A stretch of DNA of 16,323 nt from Octopus sinensis. Its lineage: Eukaryota. The stretch covers positions 1 through 16,323 of the forward strand of contig NW_021825186.1 of the NCBI RefSeq assembly GCF_006345805.1, in the 5' to 3' direction. Positions 1 to 8,013 of the stretch are shown one piece after another (position 1 is the first letter of the stretch; every line of letters starts with the position of its first letter). A program made the position numbers and the translations under genes. Below the pieces are notes generated by a model. That model worked only from the letters and a program-made list of their open reading frames with translations, was not told the origin of the DNA and did not search any database.

Positions 1-45
1 GGAACAATCACAGACACACATACATATATATACATATGTATATAT

Positions 46-210
46 ACGACGGGCTTCTTTCAGTTTCCGTCTATCAAATCCAGTCATATGGCTTTGGTCG
101 GTCGAGGCTATAGTAGAAGACACTTGCCCAAGATGCCACGCAGTGGGACTGAGCCCGAAACCATGTGGCTCGTAAGCAAGCTACTTACCACACAACCACG
201 CCTACGCCTA
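46..210 (-). mobile_element. tRNA-derived SINE, family A (head and body; 3' part runs off the window start)
   Basis: Reverse complement reads TAGGCGTGGTTGTGTGGTAAGTAGCTTGC...GGGCTCAGTCCCACTGCGTGGCATCTTGGGCAAGTGTCTTCTACTATAGCC...GGAAACTGAAAGAAGCCCGTCG, with Pol III A-box-like (TGGTTGTGTGG) and B-box-like (GGCTCAGTCCC) motifs. Near-identical copies lie at 5348, 7766, 8894 and 14449. Confidence 0.85.
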
Positions 211-304
211 CATTATGGAATTTTCGTATAAAGTGCACACATTAACTTTCACGTTTTCCGTCATTCAGGATACCCTGCGCCGCAACACTTTTGCAAATCT
301 ATTA

Positions 305-500
305 CAGACCCGATCTCACGATGTAACACATGTGAAAACGGTTGGCATGGATAGATCTGCCTGGGATTGCATAGGTCTGAGCCTCTCCGACGACGCTACT
401 CACAAATGTTGGCCTCTTGGCGAACGCCTTTGCCACAATCTTGAATTCTGTATCAGGCAGTGTTATGGGTCAGAAATTTTCCATCACTCCGCTTTGATTG
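305..500 (-). pseudogene. Degenerate L1/Tx1-clade LINE reverse-transcriptase fragment
   Basis: Minus strand translates as GVMENF*PITLPDTEFKIVAKAFAKRPTFVSSVVGEAQTYAIPGRSIHAN, matching the L1/Tx1 RT pattern NFRPITLLNxDxKILAK...Q...IPGRxIxDN; in-frame stop where the Arg of RPI is expected. Confidence 0.75.
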
Positions 501-569
501 GCAGAAAACAAATCGTTTCAGATTCTCTAATGATATAACCCTTGATAGTAATAAGTTTCTAATTTCTTT

Positions 570-778
570 GGGGGCGAGCTGGCAAAATAGTTAGCATGCC
601 GGTCAAAACGTTTTATGGTATTTCGTTCGTCCTTACGCTCTGAGCTCAAATTCTGCTACGGTTGAGTTTCCTTTCACCCATTCGGGATCGGTAAAATAGG
701 TGCCAGTTGAACACCGGGGCCGATGTAATCGTCTTACCCTTCCTCAAAATTGCTGGCCTTGTAACAAAAGTTGAAATC
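570..778 (+). mobile_element. tRNA-derived SINE, family B (diverged copy, B1-type tail)
   Basis: GGGGCGAGCTGGCAAAATAGTTAGCATGCCGG...GAGCTCAAATTC...CCTTTCACCCATTCGGGATCGGTAAAATAGGTGCCAG...GGCCTTGTAACAAAAGTTGAAA aligns by eye with the copies at 1498, 7552, 11785 and 15118. Confidence 0.8.
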
Positions 779-793
779 TTCTTCTTTTTTTTT

Positions 794-866
<73 letters not shown>

Positions 867-888
867 TATTATCATTATTATTATTATT
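779..888. repeat. Compound (CTT)n/(ATT)n microsatellite
   Basis: Read directly from the sequence. Confidence 0.95.
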
Positions 889-1387
889 GAGTGAGAGAGC
901 AGTGCAGAGGCAAATATACGAAGCCCAGTATACCCATCATGACTACCCGTCTGTGCGCGACATGGTGATCTTATATCAAGATAAACAGCGCATGACCTTG
1001 CAGGTGGAGCCCAGTTGCAATTCTTTTCAGGTCGAGTAGCCCATCCCGCTCAAAATATCCCTGAATAAGGGTTGTTTAAGGATGATGAACGAAACACCCA
1101 AATTCCCGGAGCTGAATTATCAAAACCCCAAAGAATCCCTCTCAATACATGGCTATGATGCTCCCCCACTACTTCTGCTTGTGATCAGAGATGCACATAT
1201 CGTCAGCCACTAAGAGACATGCTCAACTGGTTATGGTTAAGCAACTGACAAGCAAATCTGTGGTATTAAGCAGAATATTTGCTGTAGCCCATCTTTTATA
1301 CCAAGACAAAACAATGTACATGATAACACTTCCAATCAGTTGAGTTCAGAAGCCATGAGAGCCACTGCCTGGTACTGCATCAGGGCA
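889..1387 (-). mobile_element. Element C: ~500-bp non-coding interspersed repeat with an (AAT)n tail, copy 1
   Basis: Reverse complement of 2053-2558 over ~450 bp, with two internal deletions (~18 and ~37 nt). Flanked by (ATT)n on both sides; extends ~45 nt further 5' (TGCCCTGATGCAGTACCAGGCAG...) than copy 2. Strand is assigned from the (AAT)n tail. Confidence 0.85.
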
Positions 1388-1409
1388 TAGGTATTGCATC
1401 ATCATATCA

Positions 1410-1418
1410 TTATTATTA

Positions 1419-1481
<63 letters not shown>

Positions 1482-1497
1482 TATTATTATTATTATT
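1410..1497. repeat. (ATT)n microsatellite
   Basis: Read directly from the sequence. Confidence 0.95.
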
Positions 1498-1913
1498 GAG
1501 GGCGACGAGCCGGTAGAGTCGTTAGCACGCCGGGCGAAATGCTTAGCGGTATTTCGCCTGCCGCTACATTCTGAGTTCAAATTCCGCCGAGGTCGACTTT
1601 ACCTTTCATCCTTTAGGGGTCGATAAATTAAGTACCAGTCGCGCACTGGGGTCGATATAATCGACTTAATCCGTTTGTCTGTCATTGTTTGTCCTCTCTG
1701 TGTTTAGCCCCTTGTGGGTAGTAAAGAATTAGGTAATTCGTCTGCCGTTACGTTCTGAGTCCAAATTCCGCCGAGGTCGACTTTGCCTTTCATCCTTTCG
1801 GGGTGTATGAATTAAGTACCAGTTATGCACTAGGGTTGATGTAATAGACTATCACCTCCCACTCTCCCCACATCTTCCACAAAATATTTTCAAGGCCTTG
1901 TGCCTAGAGTAGA

Positions 1914-1915
<2 letters not shown>
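1498..1915 (+). mobile_element. SINE family B dimer (full B2 monomer plus headless B1 monomer)
   Basis: Monomer 1 has A-box-like GAGCCGGTAGAGTCG and B-box GAGTTCAAATTCC and ends ...GTAGTAAAGAATTAGG. Monomer 2 restarts at GGTAATTCGTCTGCCGTTACG and ends CAAGGCCTTGTGCCTAGAGTAGAAA. The central CTTTCATCCTTTCGGGGTCGATAAATTAAGTACCAG resembles, from recall, the MetaSINE Meta domain. Confidence 0.85.
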
Positions 1916-1946
<31 letters not shown>

Positions 1947-1972
1947 TTTCAAGGCCTTGTGCCTAGAGTAGA

Positions 1973-2051
<79 letters not shown>
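1914..2051. repeat. (AAT)n tract interrupted by an exact 30-nt duplicate of the SINE 3' end (1886-1915 = 1945-1974)
   Basis: ATTTTCAAGGCCTTGTGCCTAGAGTAGAAA occurs twice, each followed by (TAA)n. Confidence 0.95.
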
Positions 2052-2052
<1 letters not shown>

Positions 2053-2054
<2 letters not shown>

Positions 2055-2558
2055 CTGATTGGAAGTGTTATCATGTACATTGTTCTGTCTTGGTATAAAA
2101 GATGGGCTACAGCAAATATTCTGCTCAATACCACAGATTTGCTTGTCAGTTGTTTGACCTTAACCAGTTGAGCATGTCCCTTAGTGGCTGACGATATGTG
2201 CATCTCTGATCACGAGCAGAAGTAGTGGGGAGCATCATAGCCATGTGTTGAGAGGGATTCTTTGGGGTTTGAATAGTTCACCTCTGGAAACATGGTGGTT
2301 CTTTCAACATCCTTAAACAACCCTTATTCAGGGACCTTTTGAGCGGGATGGGCTACTCAACCTGAAGAAAATTCTAACTGGGCCCCATCTGCAAGGTCAT
2401 GTGCTGTTTATCTTGATATGGATCACCATGTCGCGCACATGTGGTTGTGATGCATGTGCCTGGTGTACCCTTATCAGACGGGTAGTCATGATGGGTATAT
2501 TGGGCTTCGTATATTTTACCCCAGTGTCACTTTGATGGCATGCACTGCTCTCTCACTC
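2053..2558 (+). mobile_element. Element C, copy 2 (5'-truncated)
   Basis: AACTGATTGGAAGTGTTATCATGTAC...GGCATGCACTGCTCTCTCACTC followed by (AAT)n; (AAT)n also lies upstream; inverted relative to copy 1. Confidence 0.85.
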
Positions 2559-2572
2559 AATAATAATAATAG

Positions 2573-2608
<36 letters not shown>

Positions 2609-2646
2609 TATTATTATTATTGTTGTTGTTGTTGTTGTTGTTGTTG
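2559..2646. repeat. (AAT)n flipping to (ATT)n/(GTT)n microsatellite
   Basis: Read directly; tract polarity inverts at ~2571. Confidence 0.9.
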
Positions 2647-2690
2647 TGTGAGAGAGCACCAGACGCCATCGAAGTGATGTTGGGGCATGA
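2647..2690 (-). mobile_element. Short diverged relative of the element C 3' end
   Basis: TGAGAGAGCACCAGACGCCATCGAAGTGATGTTGGGG resembles TGAGAGAGCAGTTCATGCCATCAAAGTGACACTGGGG (11643 onward) and likewise follows an (ATT/GTT)n tract. Confidence 0.55.
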
Positions 2691-2935
2691 CTGGGAGACC
2701 TTGTGTCTAAATTTGAATTATTGTTGATGTAATACACCGTACATTAAACAGTTTAATATTCACACAACACTTATCATATAACGGTGAAGGGTCCCATAAT
2801 GCCCAGGGGTCATTGTTTATCTATTGACTTTGTACTTGACCCTATCAGCGCTTTTGTGACATCAGCACTGGAGTATATGAAGTCACTGGTCAATTAAAGA
2901 AGCCGTCCATTGCATTATAGCTTCAGGAAAACACT

Positions 2936-3113
2936 CCAACACACACACACACACACAATGACACAACACAAATACGCGCGGACACGTACACCACACACAC
3001 TCACGCATACAACGATATTCTTAGGAGGCAGCAACAGTAGTAGTAGTAGTGGTGGTGGTGGTGGTGGTGGTGGTGGTGGCGGCGGTAGCAGCAGCAGCAG
3101 CAGCAGCAGTAGC

Positions 3114-3152
<39 letters not shown>

Positions 3153-3312
3153 GGTGATGGTGGTAGTAGTAGTAGTAGTAGTAGCAGCAGCAGCATGCCA
3201 CGTTAAGTAAAGAGAGAGGACGTGATGAGGTGCTGGTAGTACTTGTTTCTGAGTGCGTATGTGTGTGTATGTGTGTTGGAGTGTGTGTGTGGGAGTGTAT
3301 GTATGTGTTGGG

Positions 3313-3352
<40 letters not shown>
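2936..3352. repeat. Microsatellite cluster: (CA)n 2936-3002, compound (AGT/GGT/AGC)n 3030-3195, (GT)n 3255-3352
   Basis: Read directly; accounts for the poly-G/S/L/H ORFs in the track. Confidence 0.9.
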
Positions 3353-3354
<2 letters not shown>

Positions 3355-3489
3355 TGTGCCTGGGTAATCGTACGCCTCAGTGCACAAAGACTGACCCGGA
3401 GTCTTAACTCACTGCGTTGGCGGCTAATAACTTTGTTTATATTAAGTGATAGGAAACCAGTATGGTGGTGATGATGATGATGATGTTGA

Positions 3490-3609
3490 GAGAGAGAAAG
3501 TCAGAGGAGGAGAGAGAGAGAGAGATGTGAGAAACAATCGATCGAAAGGGTGAGGGTGGGAGGAAACATAAATAAATAAAGAAATCGTCGAGGGAATTCC
3601 TTTGTTTTG

Positions 3610-3640
<31 letters not shown>
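3490..3640. repeat. (GA)n-rich tract 3490-3527 and (CT)n tract 3609-3640
   Basis: Read directly from the sequence. Confidence 0.9.
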
Positions 3641-3643
<3 letters not shown>

Positions 3644-3659
3644 CATTCTTTCTCCACCC

Positions 3660-4400
3660 ACCCTCGCTGTCTTTATTAATTTCCCTTCTTCAGTTTTCCC
3701 CCTCCATTATATGAAAAGCTCTCGAAAAGACAGTTTCGGCGCGTGCCCAGCACGAATGGGTCAGAAAGCCAGTCAAGTGTACAACGTCTTAAACTAAACT
3801 GAGCATGACTGCTTTACACCTTTCTCTCCTTCGTCTAAACCCTCGTTTCTTCGCCTCCCTTAATGTCTTATTTTCTCCCTCCTCCACTTCGCTCCCTTTC
3901 TTACTCTATCTGTTTATCTATCTCTCCTTCTTAAATAGCTTCACTACTTTTCCTTTCTTCGCTCTTTCTTCATCTCCATATTATATTTCCCGTACGTTCT
4001 CGTTTAGAGTATTCACCTCATTGTCTCCAACGGAAGTCGCCTGTCAAAGGGCTTACCAACTTCAATACGGGGCCAACTAATCGAAAGGCTCCCTCGGCTC
4101 GTTTGCGGCTCTTCCGGAAAAAACGGCGGGGAGAGAACTGCAACGGTCATAGCCTCCCGTTTCCTTTATGAAGTAGAGAGCCATCATCAAGATTGATTTC
4201 GTTCGCTCCACGCGTCGTTAAGAACGATAATCTAATGAAAGAGAAGAGAGTCGTTTATTCAAGAGAAGAAAAGGGGGGAAGGTCAAATGGTTGGTACTAG
4301 GGGAGGGAAGGGAGGTTTTCTATCCCGATGGGAGATGAAGAGACAAATAGATTGAGCAGACGTTCGTGGTTATCCGCAGAGAGAACCACAAAAACAGCAA
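3660..4400. promoter_or_regulatory. Unique CpG-rich island, possible promoter or 5' gene region
   Basis: No match to any other repeat in the window. I count 19 CpG in 4021-4260 against a CpG-poor background. Long pyrimidine tract at 3810-4005; ETS-like core ACGGAAGT at 4030-4037. Function is inferred only. Confidence 0.35.
4057..4231 (-). other. Candidate spliced exon (175 nt) of an unidentified minus-strand transcript
   Basis: Minus-strand acceptor CTCTCTTCTCTTTCATTAG| (AG at 4233-4232) with an upstream pyrimidine tract and TTTGAC branch-like motif; donor GTTG|GTAAGC (4056-4051). ATG at 4150 opens MTVAVLSPPFFPEEPQTSRGSLSISWPRIEV to the donor in phase 1. No homology recognised. Confidence 0.3.
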
Positions 4401-4424
4401 CTTATATCATAAATAAGACTTATC

Positions 4425-4720
4425 GTTCCTCCATCATCATTATCATTATCGCCTTCGTCATCGTCGTCATCATCGGCAGCAGCAGCAACTGCAACATCAT
4501 CATCGTCATTATCATTATCGCTGCCACTGCCGTCGTCATCAGCACCAGCTACAACAGCAAAGCTCTCGCCATCAATACCATCATCTGTTTCATACTTATC
4601 TTCATCATTATCATCATCGCCATCCTCGTCGTCATTATTATCATCGCATTATCGTTATCCTTATTCTCGTCATCGTCATAATCAACAACAGTAGCAGCAG
4701 TAGCAGCAGCAGCAGTAGCC
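4425..4720. repeat. Degenerate trinucleotide low-complexity block (ATC/GTC/ATT/AGC)n
   Basis: Read directly from the sequence. Confidence 0.85.
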
Positions 4721-5347
4721 ATTCAAGAATTTGGACCTGGAGATCTCCATTTCCAGCGACTTCGAGGACCACTTCCAGTGGTGTTGGGCGTCAACGAAGA
4801 GCCCTCGACTACAACAAGACGACCAAAGTTGTTTTTTTCCAAGGTCTGGGGTCTCCCACCTCTAAGCCCTAGACCATCACCTAATCACCCTTACCTGTCT
4901 TGTTGCTTAACAACAACAACAACAACAGCAGCAGCAACAGTATCGACTGCATACGCTGCAAGGTCAGCTCTATTGCACTTGCTGCAAAAATAACCCAGTT
5001 GCTCCCTCTGGACAAGAAATAGACAGCTCTGGAAGAAGGCCAAAAGCTGACCCTAACAAGCAACAAGAGGTCCGCATTAGCCACGCTCATAGAACTTTTG
5101 AAGAAAACCATTAGAAGAATTGTAGTGCTCTGGTGTATGGTAGTTCAGAACCGACGAATGTGGAAACCATCACACAGGCTCAAGTAGAGAGGTGTTTGAG
5201 GAGGGACATAGAGGGATGTATTCCTTGCCACTTTCGTCGGGCATTATGGGACGGCGGAAGTAAGATTTCTGTCAGAAGCTTAGCACAAATGCACTCCATC
5301 CGTTGCTTCGTGCGGCAGAAGAAATTTGTCATCATTCCCATATAATA

Positions 5348-5422
5348 GGCATGGCTGCGTGCTTAAGGAGCTCACTTTACAACCACGTGGTTTCGGGTTC
5401 AATCCTGCCACGCACCACCTTA
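5348..5422 (+). mobile_element. SINE family A head fragment
   Basis: GGCATGGCTGCGTGCTTAAGGAGCTCACTTTACAACCACGTGGTTTCGGGTTCAATCC matches the tRNA-like head of the 7766 copy. Confidence 0.65.
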
Positions 5423-5522
5423 CATCCTTTCGTGATCAACAAACAAAACACCTGTCAAATAATGGCTCGGTGTAATCGACTGCACGCCCCCCCCCCCCCA
5501 TACACACACACTTATATATATA

Positions 5523-5696
5523 TACAAATTATTTTATAATTATATACATAATTATAACAAGGGATCAGCTTAATGCATGACCATGCACTGCTAGAAATAG
5601 ACGCTAAGGTCCTTTTTACCACCTTAAAATCTCCGAGGTGAGGCATTAAGCTGACCCCTTGTTATAATTATGTATATAATTACAAAATAATTTGTA
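5523..5696. mobile_element. MITE-like or foldback element with 54-bp terminal inverted repeats
   Basis: 5523-5576 TACAAATTATTTTATAATTATATACATAATTATAACAAGGGATCAGCTTAATGC is the reverse complement of 5643-5696 with 2 mismatches; 66-nt spacer; terminal TA dinucleotides are compatible with a TA target duplication. Confidence 0.6.
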
Positions 5697-5844
5697 AAAT
5701 TTACCTTAAAGGTTTTGTTTCCGCACTGGCTACCTGGTAAAATGAGTATTGATTTTACCCTCTATTATTATTACATTACCGGATTCTCCACATGATAATA
5801 TTTTCGGGCTAAAACATTTTTAAGGATTTAAGGATTTAAGGATT

Positions 5845-5864
5845 TTATATATATATATATATAT

Positions 5865-5907
<43 letters not shown>

Positions 5908-5940
5908 CATACATACGTACATACATACACACACACATGC
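5845..5940. repeat. (TA)n/(TACA)n/(CA)n microsatellite
   Basis: Read directly from the sequence. Confidence 0.95.
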
Positions 5941-5950
5941 GATATAAGTG

Positions 5951-6169
5951 TACGAGGGATACCCTGGTTTTAAGGGTATCACGAAAAGCCTGGTTGGGGA
6001 CCCAACCTTCCGACTTCCTTTACAGGGCTTAGAAAAACTGAAGGGTCTCTGCAAGAATGCAATTAGTGTGTGAATCTGAGTGAGGAATATGCTGAATAAA
6101 ATCATAATTAACTGATCAACTTGGGTTTTCTTTTACCCAAACCCAGAAACTTTTCAGTACCGCCTCGTA
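5951..6169 (+). mobile_element. Non-autonomous mariner (Tc1/mariner) element retaining the transposase C-terminus
   Basis: Ends TACGAGG...CCTCGTA with TA termini. The right TIR reverse-complements to TACGAGGCGGTACTGAAAAGTTTCTGGG; the left TIR is partly deleted. Internal remnant QPSDF-(fs)-LQGLEKLK...CVNLSEEYAE* matches the mariner transposase end (KCVxLxGEYVE*). Confidence 0.8.
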
Positions 6170-6179
6170 TGTACACGTA

Positions 6180-6226
6180 CAGATATACATGCATACAGAG
6201 TGGGTATATATATACATATATGTGCG

Positions 6227-6279
<53 letters not shown>

Positions 6280-6440
6280 ATATACATGCATATATATATA
6301 TATACATATAGATATACATATACATGCATATATATACATATACATACTTATATATACATTTCTCTCTATATATATGTATACATATCTATATATATATATG
6401 TTTATATATATACAAATATCTACATATATATACATATATT

Positions 6441-6514
<74 letters not shown>

Positions 6515-6572
6515 TGTGTATGTATGTATGTATGTATGTATGTATGTATGTATGTATGTATGTATGTATGTA
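6180..6572. repeat. Compound (TA)n/(TG)n/(TATG)n microsatellite
   Basis: Read directly; source of the YIYI/VCVC ORFs. Confidence 0.95.
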
Positions 6573-6699
6573 TCTTCATCCATTTATCTATTTCTCTATT
6601 TTAAATCTAATATTTAACTCTTTATTTATAAGACATTCGTTAGATTCCAATTACTTGATCACTTTTCCCTTGTCCATTTATCTCTTCATCCATCTATCA

Positions 6700-6757
6700 A
6701 TCTATCTAGCTAGCTAGCTATCTGTCCCTATCTATCTATTTATCTATCTATCTATCA

Positions 6758-6810
<53 letters not shown>

Positions 6811-6853
6811 CCTATCTATTTGTCTCTATCTATCTATCTACCTATCTATCTAT
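6700..6853. repeat. (TATC)n (GATA-type) microsatellite
   Basis: Read directly from the sequence. Confidence 0.95.
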
Positions 6854-7551
6854 CCGCCCATTCGTCTAACAGCCTGCCTGTCTCTATTCTATCTGACTGC
6901 CAATCATTATAGCTTTTCTATGATGCATTATCATAAACCCAGTTCTCACACAACAGCAAGTTTCATTCAACATTCTCTACCTCATAACTACTAAACTGCC
7001 TCCTATTGTTTGTAGTAAGATCCACTCTAAAGTCATATGTTGAACATTCTTGTTGCTTTTTACTGCCTTCTCTTCACATTTTAAATCATTCTTTATTCGT
7101 TTTCACAGTTACTCCAATCAATCTCGTTCGACGTCACCCATTTGACCTTGTCACTGACACACATTCTTCTGTGCTGTAGTTGTGTGTCTTATATGACATT
7201 TAGTATGACAGTCCATTAAGCCGATGTCCGATTACTTTTAGCTGGTAGAGATTGCATCGTAGTCGACATTAACTGCACGTTTCTGATAAATATAGATCTG
7301 GGTCTTACATTATGTTAATCACGGCGGCCGGAAGTACACGCTGCGTTAACTTTACAAGCGGTTAACTTTTCAATCTACGAACCGCTTTTAATAAAAATCT
7401 AAATCCAACTATCCCCCAACATCCTCCATCATTCATTCTAATTACTTTTGGTTACGAAGCAACGAAAGCAGCCGTCCTTCGACCAGCTAGAAATATCAAT
7501 CAAATCTTCCTCAAATCGCATACCACTGCCTTAAAAATAAAGGGTCATATA

Positions 7552-7746
7552 TTGACTTCACATTTTGGCGCAAGGCTAGCAATTCCGGGGAAGTGCTAAT
7601 TTGATTACATCGATCCCAAGGCTTAACTGGTACTTTATTTAGCGACACTGAAAGGATGAAAGGCTAAGTCGACCTCTGTGGAATTTGAGCTCAATGGCGC
7701 TAAGCATTTTCTCCACCGTGTTAACGATTCTGCTAGTTTGCTGCCG
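7552..7746 (-). mobile_element. SINE family B (B1 tail), diverged, with an internal deletion
   Basis: GAAAGGATGAAAGGCTAAGTCGACCTCTGTGGAATTTGAGCTC...CGCTAAGCATTTT...GTTAACGATTCTGCTAGTTTGCTGCC is the reverse complement of family B. Confidence 0.8.
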
Positions 7747-7765
7747 TAAAGGAAGGTCAGATATT

Positions 7766-7907
7766 GCACGGCTGTGTGGTTAAGAAGCTTGCTTTGCAAC
7801 CACGTGATTCAGGTTCGGTCCCAGTACGTGGCACCTTGAGCGAGTTCTTTCTACTATGACTCCGGGCCTTGTCAATGAATTTGGTAGATAGGAAAGTGTG
7901 GAAGCTC
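7766..7907 (+). mobile_element. SINE family A head and body
   Basis: GCACGGCTGTGTGGTTAAGAAGCTTGCTTTGCAACCACGTGATTCAGGTTCGGTCCCAGTACGTGGCACCTTGAGC...GAATTTGGTAGATAGGAAA. Confidence 0.8.
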
Positions 7908-7986
7908 AAAATATTTATAAATGTAACTAAACGTGGACTGTTGGCGATTTTTTACCTTTTCTTTTTGACTTTCCTGACTCCTGTTT

Positions 7987-8013
7987 CCGAAGAAGAGCTA
8001 TGCTCGGAGCGTA
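7987..8013 (+). other. Decayed minimal hammerhead-ribozyme-like motif, possibly a Penelope-like element pLTR remnant
   Basis: CCGAAGA-A-GAGC-TAT-GCTC-GGAG-CGTA compared with the canonical CUGANGA-stem II-GAAA-C-GUH: perfect 4-bp stem II, three core substitutions. Confidence 0.35.

Noticed and set aside
1498-1975. CRISPR-like or satellite array suggested by recurring ~30-200 nt repeats
   Set aside because: The repeats are SINE monomers and a tail duplication in eukaryotic DNA; no regular repeat-spacer period and no cas genes.
707-3471. ORFs with poly-Ile/Leu/Tyr/Gly/Ser/His-Thr runs (for example 707-1039, 1949-2203, 2910-3206, 3001-3387)
   Set aside because: They are translations of (ATT)n, (CA)n, (GT)n and (AGT/GGT)n microsatellites and of element C; no domain content.
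4328-4681. 117-aa hydrophobic ORF resembling a multi-pass membrane protein
   Set aside because: The hydrophobicity comes from (ATC/ATT/GTC)n repeats; no splice or homology support.
4720-4830. WTWRSP...LDY resembling the APE endonuclease motif TWRSP...IDY
   Set aside because: The spacing is too long, there are no other APE motifs, and WRSP appears on both strands because GGAGATCTCC is a palindrome.
5736-5759. Small AT-rich hairpins (GGTAAAAT-N8-ATTTTACC here; also ~10770-10799)
   Set aside because: Short AT-rich stems are expected by chance at this base composition; no supporting context.
5845-6717. Several long YIYI/VCVC/HTHT ORFs
   Set aside because: Pure dinucleotide and tetranucleotide repeat artefacts.
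7060-7220. Plus-strand exon after the acceptor TTCTTTATTCGTTTTCACAG (7107-7108)
   Set aside because: Good acceptor, but no convincing donor and no recognisable peptide follow it.
7766-7830. tRNA genes at the SINE heads (also 140-210, 5348-5400, 15118-15200)
   Set aside because: A/B boxes are present but I cannot fold a cloverleaf, and each head continues into a shared multicopy SINE body.
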